Notes: generated by a model from the letters alone, not told the origin. DNA of 64,000 nt from Planctomycetota bacterium (GCA_038231435.1 JBBRLJ010000029.1:1-64000), one strand, 5' to 3'. Counted from the stretch's first letter, positions 39,599 to 49,473 are shown. Translations and numbers: made by a program.

Positions 39599-42133
39599 AT
39601 GAGCCACCTCCGTGCCGCCGCGTCCGTCCTGTTCATCATCGCCCTGACGACGCTCGTCTGCACGCGCGGATGCGGCGCCGACCTCGCGGTCGTGCCGAAC
39701 GCCGACGACTCCGGCAACGGCAGCGCCGAGCGTCCGTTCGCCTCGCTCGCCAAGGCACTCGCGCGCGCCGGCTCCGGTGACACCGTCTACCTGGCGCGCG
39801 GAGCCGTGTACCGCGAGACCGGCCTGGTGTTCAAGGGCGGAGTCACCGTCAAAGGCGCGGGCTCGGGCGACAAGCCGCCGCCGCTGATCACCGCCAGCGT
39901 CCGCATCGAGGGCTTCAAGCCGTGGGCGAAGAACGCCAAGGTGCTCGCCGCTCCCTGCGAGCGCAAGGCGCTGGAGTGCTATGTCGACGGCGCCTTCCAG
40001 GTGCTCGCGCGCTTCCCGAATCTCAATCTCGAGAAGCAGGCCTGGCTGCGCGCGGCCAAGGGCTCGACGCCCGACGTCCTGCTCTGCCCCGAGCGCGCGC
40101 AGGCCCCAGGCGCGGCGAGCGGCCGCTGGAAGGGCGCGCAGGTACGGTGGCGACGTTGGAGCTGGTGGTGGGAGACGCGTCCGATCGGCGAGGATGACGG
40201 CTCGGGCAAGCTCGCGCTCGGCGCCGACGGACGCTTCCACGACGGCTTCACCGGCGTCGGCTCGGCGTTCTACGTCGACAACTGCCTGGCCGAGCTCGAC
40301 GCGCCCGGTGAATGGTTCTGGGACGAAGCGGCGAAGATGCTCTACGTCTATCCGCCAGCGGGATCGGATCCCGCAAAGTTGGTGATCGAGGCGGTGCTGG
40401 ATCCCGCTGGCTGCACCATCGGTGGCGGCATGCTCGACGGTGTAGGCTTCGCGCGTTTCGCCAGCGTGGCCCTCAAGCTCGAGGGCAAGTCGCTGCTGAC
40501 AGGCTGCCTTTTCCAGGACGTCGGTGGCAACGCCATCGTCTCGACCTGGGGCTCGTCGGGAACGCGCATCTCCGGCTGCGCCTTCCGCGACGTGCGCGAT
40601 CTGGCGATCTCATGGAACGAGGATCCCAAGGGCGCCGGCGGCACGGTGATCGAGCGCAACACCTTTGACCGCATCGGCGATCGTCCCGGCTACGGCGGCA
40701 GCGGCTCGTGGCATGGCGCGGGCATCATCGTCTTCAATGGCAAGGGCGTAATGGTCAGGCTCAACCGCTTCAGCGACTGCGGCTACGATGGCGTGATCCT
40801 CAACACCCCTGGCTGCACCGTCGAGCGCAATGTCCTAGTGCGCTGCATGAGCCAGATGAACGACGGCGCGGCCATCGGCGTCTGCGCCAACGGCTCGATC
40901 GTGCGCGAGAACATCGTCCTCGACACCATCGGCAATCTCGAGACCTCGCAGCCGTTCTCGCCGCTCGGCCACGGCATCTGGACCGAGTTCCTCGGCGACC
41001 TCCACGATTCGCAACTGATCGGCAATACCGTATTCGGTTCGGGCGGCTTCGGCATCTACCTGCCGAACAACCGCTCCTGCCAGGTGCGCGAGAACGTGTT
41101 GATGGGCAATCGCCGCGACGGGCTCCATCTCGGCGGCTACGAGAAGGACAAGGGCCCGCAGAAGCACGTGATCGCCGACAATGTGCTGGTGGCGCTCGAT
41201 CCGTCACGCCGGATTCCCGGGCCGGTGAACGGCTCCGAACCGGAACAGCCACGCGGATTGGGCTTCGAGCCCGGAATCGATTACGGGACGCTCAGCGGCA
41301 CCGTCTTCGTGGTTTCCGGCACGGCCCCGGCGATCGGCGGCAAGCAATCGTACGACGATCCCGCAGCCTGGGCCAAGGACGAGCACTGGGGCGATCCCGC
41401 GGCCAAGCTGCAGAAGGCGACGCCCTTGCTGTTGATCAACGACACCGAGCAGGCGCACGATTTCGTTCCGCCGTCAGGCAGCTGGACGGACCTCGCCGGC
41501 AAGCCGATTGGCAAAGCCGTGACGGTGGCCCCCTACCGCAGCGCGGTGCTGCTGCGGCGCGGCGCCGACGGCGGCGCGCTGCCACCCTACCTGACCGCTT
41601 CCGGGATCGACTACCGGGCGCCGTCGCTCGCCTCTGCGACCGAGATCGCGACCGCGAAGGCCGCGAAGGCCACCAAGCCGAGCGCGAGCGCCTCGGCGGC
41701 GATCCACGAGGACGCCGAGGCCAGGCATTCGTATGTCTCCACCAAGCCGAAGTCTGAAGCCTGGGCCCGGTATGTCGGCTTGCTGCGCGATCGTGTATCG
41801 GCCCTGTCCATGGGGCGGAGCCCGGCGCAATTCGAATACAGCGCCATGAAGCAGCGCGTGAGCGTGATCGCGGTGCAAGGCGACCAGGCGACACTGAAGC
41901 TCGGCGACGAGGGCGGGCAGATCACCGCCGCGCTCTTCGGCGCCAAGCTGACCGTCACCGACGCCTGCCGCCTGGCGCTCGACGCGCAGCGGGCGGATCA
42001 GCCCGAGCAGTACGCGCTCGCCGCATTCTTCGCCCGCTGTGCCGACGACGGCATGGCCTACGAGCGCTGCCTGGCCCACGCTGGAGCCCTTGCCGCCGAC
42101 GTCGAATCCGGATTCAGCGATCAGCCGAACTGA
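39599..42133 (+). CDS. Secreted right-handed parallel beta-helix protein (pectate-lyase-like fold) with C-terminal domain of unknown function
   Basis: Signal peptide; GNGSAERPFASL, LDAPGEWF, repeated IExN/VRxN/IGN coils, DGAAI, HGIW. Confidence 0.82.
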   Translation: MSHLRAAASVLFIIALTTLVCTRGCGADLAVVPNADDSGNGSAERPFASLAKALARAGSGDTVYLARGAVYRETGLVFKGGVTVKGAGSGDKPPPLITASVRIEGFKPWAKNAKVLAAPCERKALECYVDGAFQVLARFPNLNLEKQAWLRAAKGSTPDVLLCPERAQAPGAASGRWKGAQVRWRRWSWWWETRPIGEDDGSGKLALGADGRFHDGFTGVGSAFYVDNCLAELDAPGEWFWDEAAKMLYVYPPAGSDPAKLVIEAVLDPAGCTIGGGMLDGVGFARFASVALKLEGKSLLTGCLFQDVGGNAIVSTWGSSGTRISGCAFRDVRDLAISWNEDPKGAGGTVIERNTFDRIGDRPGYGGSGSWHGAGIIVFNGKGVMVRLNRFSDCGYDGVILNTPGCTVERNVLVRCMSQMNDGAAIGVCANGSIVRENIVLDTIGNLETSQPFSPLGHGIWTEFLGDLHDSQLIGNTVFGSGGFGIYLPNNRSCQVRENVLMGNRRDGLHLGGYEKDKGPQKHVIADNVLVALDPSRRIPGPVNGSEPEQPRGLGFEPGIDYGTLSGTVFVVSGTAPAIGGKQSYDDPAAWAKDEHWGDPAAKLQKATPLLLINDTEQAHDFVPPSGSWTDLAGKPIGKAVTVAPYRSAVLLRRGADGGALPPYLTASGIDYRAPSLASATEIATAKAAKATKPSASASAAIHEDAEARHSYVSTKPKSEAWARYVGLLRDRVSALSMGRSPAQFEYSAMKQRVSVIAVQGDQATLKLGDEGGQITAALFGAKLTVTDACRLALDAQRADQPEQYALAAFFARCADDGMAYERCLAHAGALAADVESGFSDQPN

Positions 42134-42143
42134 ACCAAAGACA

Positions 42144-42175
42144 TCGGCGGGCACACTCGCCCGCCGACGATTTCG
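42144..42175. repeat. Hairpin related to part of the 4547-5009 element; probable terminator between convergent genes
   Basis: TCGGCGGGC-N6-GCCCGCCGA stem; CCGCCGACGATTTCG is identical to 4920-4934. Confidence 0.5.
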
Positions 42176-42187
42176 TCGCGATCGCGG

Positions 42188-42565
42188 TCAGTTCTTGCCT
42201 TCATCCTTGGCAGCCTTGGCGGCTTCGATCGCGAGCGCGCGGCGGCCTTCGCGCTCGGTGTAGACCACGTGCAGGCGATCGCCGACCTTGAGCTTGGCGA
42301 TCGCTTCGAGCATCTTCTCGGGCTTTCCCTCGCGGAAGTAGGCACGGTACTCGTTCTCGGCGTTGGTGCCGTCTTCCTTGAGGGTGAAGGATTTCTTCTC
42401 GGCGTTCACTGCGGTCACCGTGCCGGTGGCCTTCGACTTAACGATCTCCTCCGCGCCCTTCTCGTGCTCCTTCTTGGGATGATCGCCAGCGCCGCCCTCG
42501 GCGGCCGAGATGGCGCCGCAAGCGAGCAGCGCGATGAGGGAAGCGGTGATGTGGCGGATGCTCAT
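42188..42565 (-). CDS. Small secreted OB-fold-like protein
   Basis: Signal peptide MSIRHITASLIALLACGAISA; GTVTAVN..KSFTL and LKVGDRLHVVY pattern. Confidence 0.7.
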   Translation of the reverse strand: MSIRHITASLIALLACGAISAAEGGAGDHPKKEHEKGAEEIVKSKATGTVTAVNAEKKSFTLKEDGTNAENEYRAYFREGKPEKMLEAIAKLKVGDRLHVVYTEREGRRALAIEAAKAAKDEGKN

Positions 42566-42810
42566 GGATGATCCTCGGTTGGGGTCTGGTGCGAAGGATT
42601 GGGGTACGAGAGCCTCTGTCGCAACCGGCTCGGACTGTACACCCGAAGTCGCAACTGGTCGGAATCGACGGCCGCCTGCCCGCCATCGTTCACCGCGCCA
42701 CCGGTCTGGATGGCGTAAGTCCATTCAATACGTGGCTGTTCCGGAGCCTTTGCCCCTCTCTTCCGCAGCGGCTGGATGGCCTGTACAGTCGCGGCCAAGT
42801 CGACATACCC

Positions 42811-43380
42811 ATGCACAGCATGGACGAACGCTCACCGCTCACCGCGCCGCCGGCCGACGACGCCCCGATGCGCACCCTGCTCGAGGAGCGCGGGCTGCTC
42901 CTTGGCTACATCAACGTCATCGTCCGCGACCTGCACGCCGCCGAGGATATCCTGCAGGAGGCCCTGATGCTCGCGCTCCGCCAGCGCTTCGCCGATGTCG
43001 GGCATGCCCAGGCCTGGATCCGCGTGACCGCGCGCAACCTCGCGCTCAATGAGGGCCGCCGCCGACAGCGCCGCGCCAAGCCGCTCTCCGACGACATCCT
43101 GGAGCTGCTCGAACCGGCGTGGGATGAGGAAGGCGATGGACCCGCGCACGGCGAGCGCCTGGCCGCGCTGCGCGCCTGCTGCGAGCGCCTGTCCGACGCC
43201 GGCAAGAGGCTGATCGACCTGCGCTACCACCGCAAGCTCGACGGCGCCGGCATGGCGGCAGCGCTCGGCCGCCCGCTGAACACCGTCTATGTCGGACTCA
43301 GCCGCGTATACCGTCGACTGTCCACCTGCATCGAACAGCGCATGCAGCAGTCGGCGCAGCCGCGCATGGGCGAGTCATGA
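42811..43380 (+). CDS. ECF sigma-70 factor
   Basis: RDLHAAEDILQE, AWIRVTARN, MAAALGRPLNTVYVGLSR; ATGA overlap with the anti-sigma gene. Confidence 0.9.
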   Translation: MHSMDERSPLTAPPADDAPMRTLLEERGLLLGYINVIVRDLHAAEDILQEALMLALRQRFADVGHAQAWIRVTARNLALNEGRRRQRRAKPLSDDILELLEPAWDEEGDGPAHGERLAALRACCERLSDAGKRLIDLRYHRKLDGAGMAAALGRPLNTVYVGLSRVYRRLSTCIEQRMQQSAQPRMGES

Positions 43381-44879
43381 GCGGACTCCCCGACGACCTC
43401 GCCGTGCGCTATCTCGAAGGCGCCGCCTCGGCCGACGATGTCGCGGCGCTGGAGAAGCACCTGCGCGCCGACGAGCAGGCGCGCCGCTCCTTCGTGCGCC
43501 TGTCGCACCTGCAGGCGCTGATCTCGGAACTGGCGCGCGAACCCTTGCTGTCGGCCCGGCCGACACCGCGCTGGCGCGTGATCGCGTTCACCGCGACAGC
43601 CGCTGCCGCCGCGATGCTGGTCATCGGCGTATGGCGAGGCTTCGCCATCGGGGCCAGGGACACCGGTCCCACCGTCTCCGGGTCCTCGGGGGAGATCGCA
43701 TGGACCCGCAATGGGCGCGGCCTGCGCCTGGTCGACGACGCGCGGCTCGCGCCCGGCGACCGTCTGGCGCTCGCGGGCGACGCCCATCTGCGCATCGTAT
43801 GGCCCGACGGGGCATTGGTCGCCGTCGATCCCGACAGCGATGTGGCGATCGGGGTCGATGCGTCGCGGCTGCGGCTCGATCGCGGCATGGTGCAGGCGAT
43901 CATCACCCACGACCCCGCGCGACCCTTCACGATCGCGACCGCCGACGGCCTCATCACCGACCTCGGCACGGTCTTCGTCGTCCGGCGCGGTGCCACGAGG
44001 ACCCGGGTAGAGGTCGCCCAGGGCACGGTGCGTCTGACCACCGGCGGCGAGCATGTCGACGTGCCCGCCGGAGCTCACGCGGTCGCCATCGCCGGCCAGG
44101 CGCCGCGACTGCTGGCGCCGCCTCCGCCTCAGGCCGTGCCGAGCAGCGCCGCAGGCTGGAACGAGCCGCTGCCGCTCCACGCGCGGATGGCGAGACTCCC
44201 CGACGCCCTCGCCGTCGCCACTTGGCGGGTACGGCCCGCGCTGCGGCTGTCGCTGCCTACCGCGGGCGCGGCGATGCGCCCGGTGCGGCACCGTGGCCAG
44301 CCGGGAGCGTTGCTCGGCGATGCCCCGGTTCCCGATCTGCGCGGGCTCGAATACGCGATCGGCGGCGCGCACGACCTCATCCTCGTCGATGCGGTCTCCA
44401 AGCAGGCGTGGGAGCTGAGTGAGCCCGAGGGCGGAGCCGGGGGGATCTCCGCGCGGCGCATGACCCCCATCGCCTTCGACGCGGTGCGCGCACTGCCCGG
44501 ACTCGGTGGCTTGCTGACTCCTCGCGACCTGGAGCGCGGACCGCCGCGCGACGCCCAGTCGCCACACACCGAACATGTGCCGCACGCCCTGGTGGTCGCG
44601 GTGCCGGCAGCTGTCCTTGGCGAGCACGGACTGCGCATCGGCGATCGCATCTGTATCGTCGGCGCCCCGACGCCTGGAAACGGCGTGGCCGGCAGCGTCC
44701 TCGCGGAAGTCCTCGCCAGCCATGGTGCGCGCGTGGTCGCGAGCGAGGGCGCGCCGACGCTGTTCGTCGATCCGCGGCTGTCCGATGAGGTTCGCGCCAG
44801 CCTGACCGCGGCCCTGGCGGAGCTCGCGCCCGCGCTGCGGCGCGTCGAGACGGCGATCGCTGACGATCCGGACCAGTGA
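43377..44879 (+). CDS. FecR-type anti-sigma factor with a C-terminal degenerate 'WTSxDAAGLP' domain
   Basis: RYLEG N-domain, TM AAAAAMLVIGVW, FecR motif TADGLITDLGTVF; C-terminal third aligns colinearly with 18892-19962. Confidence 0.85.
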   Translation: MSGLPDDLAVRYLEGAASADDVAALEKHLRADEQARRSFVRLSHLQALISELAREPLLSARPTPRWRVIAFTATAAAAAMLVIGVWRGFAIGARDTGPTVSGSSGEIAWTRNGRGLRLVDDARLAPGDRLALAGDAHLRIVWPDGALVAVDPDSDVAIGVDASRLRLDRGMVQAIITHDPARPFTIATADGLITDLGTVFVVRRGATRTRVEVAQGTVRLTTGGEHVDVPAGAHAVAIAGQAPRLLAPPPPQAVPSSAAGWNEPLPLHARMARLPDALAVATWRVRPALRLSLPTAGAAMRPVRHRGQPGALLGDAPVPDLRGLEYAIGGAHDLILVDAVSKQAWELSEPEGGAGGISARRMTPIAFDAVRALPGLGGLLTPRDLERGPPRDAQSPHTEHVPHALVVAVPAAVLGEHGLRIGDRICIVGAPTPGNGVAGSVLAEVLASHGARVVASEGAPTLFVDPRLSDEVRASLTAALAELAPALRRVETAIADDPDQ

Positions 44880-44910
44880 GGCCTCCAGGTCAGCGGCATC
44901 ACGGACTGAA

Positions 44911-46011
44911 TCACGGACTGATGCGGGGGATCTCGGTGGCGAGCGTGGCCGCGGGCTTGGCGATCCGCCGCAACGCCTGCTCGCGCAACGCCTGCACGGT
45001 GCCGGCATGGCTGGTAAGGGCTGCCATCGGCGCGATGCCATCGAGATAGGCGAGGGCCGCGTCGTATCGGCCGCCGCCGAGATAGTCCTCGTGGATGTAG
45101 CGCTCGATCGCCTGATCGACCAGCGTCGCCAGCGCGGCGCGGTCGACGGTGCCGGATCGGTTCCTCGACGGGTCGCTCAGCGGGGCGTCGAGCATGCGGA
45201 GCAGGTACGGTTCGCGGAAGACCTCGCGCGCCGACATCCGCAGCAGCTCGGTCTCGGCGGCGACGGGCGTGAGGCCGCCTTCGCGGCGCGCCTGGGCCAT
45301 GCGCATGCGTGCGTAGAAGCGGTAGTGCGCGGCCTTGAGATCAGGCATCAGGTCTAGCAGGAACTTGACCGGCACCGCGAACGCCAGGCCCGCCACGGTC
45401 ACTCCCGGCTGGGCCTCCACCACCGAGCTGGTCAGGCCTACGACCTCGCCATCACTGTCGACCAGCGGGCCGCCGCTGTTGCCATGGGTGATCGCGACAT
45501 TCACCTGGACCACGTCGGCGTGGAGGATGTCCACCGCGGCCTTGATCGAATCGGCTCCGCGTAGGGCCGTCACCTGGCCATCGCAGAACGTCCCTTCGTA
45601 GACGTCGCCCTTGTAGCCGGGATTTCCGAACGCGTAGACGCGCTGGCCGACCTTCAGCTCGAATACCGTGGCCAAGGGCAGCGGAGGCGCCTCGAGCCCG
45701 GCGACCGCCACCAACGCGAGATCGTGCTTGGCGTCGAGCACGAGCACGCGCTGGATCGCGAAGGTGCGCTCGCCGCCGATGAGGCGAACCACTCCTGACG
45801 AGAGCTCGGCAAGTACGTGCGCGTTGGTGGCGATGATGCCGGGGCGGACGACGAAACCGCTGCCGAGATGGCCGTGGCGATGGGCATCCGGATAGATGAC
45901 GACGGTCGACTTGGCGAGCGATGCATAGATGTCCGCGGCGGATTCAGCGGCGCGCAGAACACCCACGTCGGCCAGCGCCAGCACCGCCAGCAAGGCAAGC
46001 ATCGGTGCCAT
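44911..46011 (-). CDS. Secreted trypsin-like (S1C/HtrA-type, no PDZ) serine protease with helical C-terminal extension
   Basis: GSGF, TNAHV, DLAL, GNP, GNSGGPL. Confidence 0.9.
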   Translation of the reverse strand: MAPMLALLAVLALADVGVLRAAESAADIYASLAKSTVVIYPDAHRHGHLGSGFVVRPGIIATNAHVLAELSSGVVRLIGGERTFAIQRVLVLDAKHDLALVAVAGLEAPPLPLATVFELKVGQRVYAFGNPGYKGDVYEGTFCDGQVTALRGADSIKAAVDILHADVVQVNVAITHGNSGGPLVDSDGEVVGLTSSVVEAQPGVTVAGLAFAVPVKFLLDLMPDLKAAHYRFYARMRMAQARREGGLTPVAAETELLRMSAREVFREPYLLRMLDAPLSDPSRNRSGTVDRAALATLVDQAIERYIHEDYLGGGRYDAALAYLDGIAPMAALTSHAGTVQALREQALRRIAKPAATLATEIPRISP

Positions 46012-46357
46012 CGCGCTGGAGCCGCGACGCCCAGCGACCGAGCCCAGGGCTCGCCTATATCCATTGGAGGATGATGGGCGGATCGCCACGACCTCATGCT
46101 AGCGCGGGCAATGCTTTCCTGGCCTGGAATGCGGATTTCACGGGGAACGACACTCACACGAGCGACCAGGGCGGATCGAGCCAGCCGGCGGCCACACCCC
46201 GCCCAGGACCAGGCGTTCGGCCGATGCTTGCAGGGAGTTACGGCGATCCGGGCGCGGTCGAGCCACCCCGGGAGAGCGTTTCCCCACGGCGCGGACGCGA
46301 CAGGATCGTGCGACCCTCCCGCCGCTCAGTCCCGGGCACAGCCCACTGGAACACCGC

Positions 46358-48241
46358 ATGCGCTCCATCCTGCCCAGCATCGTCTTCGCCGTCCTCCTCG
46401 CGCTCCGGCTGAACGCCGCGGATCCCGCGACCATGCCGCTGATCGATTTCGCCAAAGACGGATCCGAGAAGCGCGTCGAGGCCTCATCGCCCGAAGTCAC
46501 CTTCACACGCAAGACCGACGGTGCGGCCCCCGAGCTCGAGATCACCTGCGCCCTGGTCAACGGCAGCAAGGACGGCTATCCTGGCGTATCGGTCAAGCCC
46601 GACGGCGGCGCCTGGGATCTCTCGGCCTACGGGCGGATCGATGTGCGCATAGCGAACACCGGGGTACGGCCGCTCACCCTCAACGTCCGCGTCGACAACG
46701 ACGGCGATTGGAAGGAGAGCCCCTGGAGCACCGAATCGGTGTCGGTCGATCCCAACAGCGTGGCCACGGCGAGCGTGTTCTTCGGCTACTCGTACGGCAA
46801 GCGCGCATTCAAGCTCGATCCGGCGAAGATCACCAAGCTGTTGCTGTTCACCGGCAAGACCGAGGCCACGCACTCCTACCGCATCGAAGCGATCGTAGCC
46901 GCTGGAGCGCCGGGCGAGAAACCCCAATCCGATTCTCAGCTCACGAAGCCAAAGGACGGCCTCCTGCTCGGAGCCGGGACAACCGTCGACGCGAAGCAGA
47001 TCGATGCTCGCAAGGCCAAGGCCGATCTCGTCGCTGACGGGGGTCGCCAATCCCTGCGCATCGCCTTCCCGAAAGCCGCCGACGAGACCGGGGCGCTGCT
47101 GAAATCCGGCGCCACGCGCTGGGACCTGCGCCCGTATACCCAGGTCGTCATCAAGGCGCGCGGCACCGGCACGTCTCCGGTTGCGCTGCGCGCGCGGCTC
47201 GAATGCGTCGGCGGCCATACCGAATGGGTCGCCTCGCCTTCGGCCGACGCCAGGCAGGAGATCGTCATCCCGTTCATCGGCACCACGCCCTGGACGGGGG
47301 AAGCGAATTCGGGTTCGCAGTTCGTCAACGACTCGGTCACCGGCGTGACCATCCAGTCGACTGCCGGCGACGACGGACGCCTGCTGATCATCGACGAGAT
47401 CCGCGCCACCGCGCCCCTGCCCGACATCCCCGCTTGGCTGGGCAAGAAGCCGCCGGTCGATGGCAAGTGGACGCAGACGCTCGACGAGAACTTCGACGGC
47501 TCCACGATCGACGCCAAGCATTGGACGGTCACCGGCGATAATTATTGGGACAAGCAGAGCCATTTCAGCAAGGACAACGTCATCGTCGGCGGCGGGGTCG
47601 CGAAGCTGCGCTTCGAGAAGAAGCGCGGCCACGCGAACGACGATCCGGCCAAGCCCGAGACCGACTACACGGTGGGCTTCCTCACCAGCTTCGACAAGTG
47701 GACGCAGCGCTACGGCTATTTCGAGGCGCGCATGAAGCTGCCGACCGCTCCGGGACTGTGGCCGGCGTTCTGGATGATGCCCGACCGCGGCGCCGAGGCC
47801 GGCATCTGGTGGAAGCGCTCGTCCACCGGCGAGGGCGGCATGGAGTTCGACATCATGGAGCACCTCACCCGCTATGGAAAGAACCGCTACAACATCGCCT
47901 TCCATTGGGACGGCTACGAGAAGGACCACAAGTCGATCGGCACCGACCGCATCTATGTCGCGCCCGACAAGGACGGCTACATCGTCTCTGGCCTGCTCTG
48001 GGAACCCGGCCGCCTGACCCTGTTCGGCAATGGCGTGCGTATCGCGACCTGGAGCAACGAGCGCATCTCGAACGTCCCCGAGCACCTGATGTTCACCCTC
48101 CCGTGCGGCGGCTGGGGCGGCAATGAGCTCGACGACACTGGACTCCCTGACGATTTCGTCATCGACTGGGTGCGCGCCTGGCAACGCGACGACTTCGCTG
48201 CGCTGCCGCCCAAGCCCCCGGCCAAGGCCGACGACCACTGA
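46358..48241 (+). CDS. Secreted glycoside hydrolase family 16 with N-terminal beta-sandwich (CBM-like) modules
   Basis: Signal peptide; QRYGYFEARMKLP, GLWPAFW, EFDIME (ExDxxE), IDWVRAWQ. Confidence 0.92.
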   Translation: MRSILPSIVFAVLLALRLNAADPATMPLIDFAKDGSEKRVEASSPEVTFTRKTDGAAPELEITCALVNGSKDGYPGVSVKPDGGAWDLSAYGRIDVRIANTGVRPLTLNVRVDNDGDWKESPWSTESVSVDPNSVATASVFFGYSYGKRAFKLDPAKITKLLLFTGKTEATHSYRIEAIVAAGAPGEKPQSDSQLTKPKDGLLLGAGTTVDAKQIDARKAKADLVADGGRQSLRIAFPKAADETGALLKSGATRWDLRPYTQVVIKARGTGTSPVALRARLECVGGHTEWVASPSADARQEIVIPFIGTTPWTGEANSGSQFVNDSVTGVTIQSTAGDDGRLLIIDEIRATAPLPDIPAWLGKKPPVDGKWTQTLDENFDGSTIDAKHWTVTGDNYWDKQSHFSKDNVIVGGGVAKLRFEKKRGHANDDPAKPETDYTVGFLTSFDKWTQRYGYFEARMKLPTAPGLWPAFWMMPDRGAEAGIWWKRSSTGEGGMEFDIMEHLTRYGKNRYNIAFHWDGYEKDHKSIGTDRIYVAPDKDGYIVSGLLWEPGRLTLFGNGVRIATWSNERISNVPEHLMFTLPCGGWGGNELDDTGLPDDFVIDWVRAWQRDDFAALPPKPPAKADDH

Positions 48242-48293
48242 CCCGACCTCCGCAACCGAGCGCCATCACGACCCACGAGCCCGGAGCCCAGCC

Positions 48294-49454
48294 ATGAATC
48301 GCCCCAACGACCTGCCTATCGCGACGCGCGCCGGATCCCCGCAGCCGGGTACCATGCCAGATGCGCAGGAAACAGCGCGGCTCGCCGCCGCCCTGCAGCC
48401 GTTCGTGGATCGCGGCACGCTCGCCGGGGCGGTGGTCCTGGTTGCGTCGCGCGACGCTGACCTGGGCGTCGCGGCCATCGGCCATGCCGATCGCGCGGCG
48501 CGCACGCCGATGCGCGCGGACAGCCTGTTCTGGATCGCCTCGATGTCGAAGCCGATGACCTCGTCGGCGCTGATGATGCTGGTCGACGAGGGCGCGGTGC
48601 GCCTCGATGATCCGGTCTCGACCTACCTGCCCGAGTTCACCGGCCAGATGCTGGCGGTCGAGCAGGACGAGGAGCACGTGCTGCTGAAGAAGCCCGCGCG
48701 GCCGATCACCGTCCGCGACGTGCTCTCGCACACCAGCGGGCTGCCGTTCATGTCGCGCCTGGAGCTGGGCCGCATCGACACCATGTCGCTGCGCGAGGCG
48801 GTGATCAGCTATGCGATGACGCCGCTCTCCACGCAGCCGGGCACCGCCTATGCCTACAGCAATGCCGGCATCAACACCGCGGGACGCATCATCGAGGTGG
48901 TCCGCGGCAAGCCCTACCATGAGGTGATGCATGAGCGCCTGTTCGCGCCGCTCGGCATGACCGACACCACCTTCTGGCCAGACTCCTCGCAGCTGGCGCG
49001 CTTGGCCAAGGCCTACCGGCCCACCGCGGACAAGTCCGGCCTCGAAGAGATCCCGATCCCGCAGTTCACCTATCCGCTCGACGATCGCCGCCGTGGCCCC
49101 AGCCCGGCCGGCGGGTACTTCTCCACCGCCACCGACATGTCGCGATTCTGCCGCATGATCCTGGGCGGTGGCGCGGTCGCGGGCCGCCGCTTCCTCTCGC
49201 AAGCGGCGGTGGCCGAGATGACCTCGCGCCAGACCGGCGCGCTCGCGGTCTCGCACGGTCTCGGTTGGGGCGTCGACGCGGCGGGAGCGGGTTACGGGCA
49301 TGGCGGCGCGCTCAGCACCGACATGTGGATCGATCCGGCGCACGGGCTGGCGATGATCTATCTGGTCCACCACGCGGGCTACGCCAACGATGATGGCGGC
49401 GCCATCCTGCCGGCGTTCCGGGCGGCTGCGCTCGAAGCCTTCGGCCAGGCCTAG
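48294..49454 (+). CDS. Beta-lactamase-family (class C-like) serine hydrolase
   Basis: FWIASMSK (SxxK), LSHTSG, YAYSN, HGG. Confidence 0.9.
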   Translation: MNRPNDLPIATRAGSPQPGTMPDAQETARLAAALQPFVDRGTLAGAVVLVASRDADLGVAAIGHADRAARTPMRADSLFWIASMSKPMTSSALMMLVDEGAVRLDDPVSTYLPEFTGQMLAVEQDEEHVLLKKPARPITVRDVLSHTSGLPFMSRLELGRIDTMSLREAVISYAMTPLSTQPGTAYAYSNAGINTAGRIIEVVRGKPYHEVMHERLFAPLGMTDTTFWPDSSQLARLAKAYRPTADKSGLEEIPIPQFTYPLDDRRRGPSPAGGYFSTATDMSRFCRMILGGGAVAGRRFLSQAAVAEMTSRQTGALAVSHGLGWGVDAAGAGYGHGGALSTDMWIDPAHGLAMIYLVHHAGYANDDGGAILPAFRAAALEAFGQA

Positions 49455-49473
49455 ATCCGAGCGTTGGGGCCGA

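Noticed and set aside
48294..49454. Antibiotic-resistance beta-lactamase
   Set aside because: No signal peptide and an HGG motif rather than KTG; more consistent with the esterase-like members of the family
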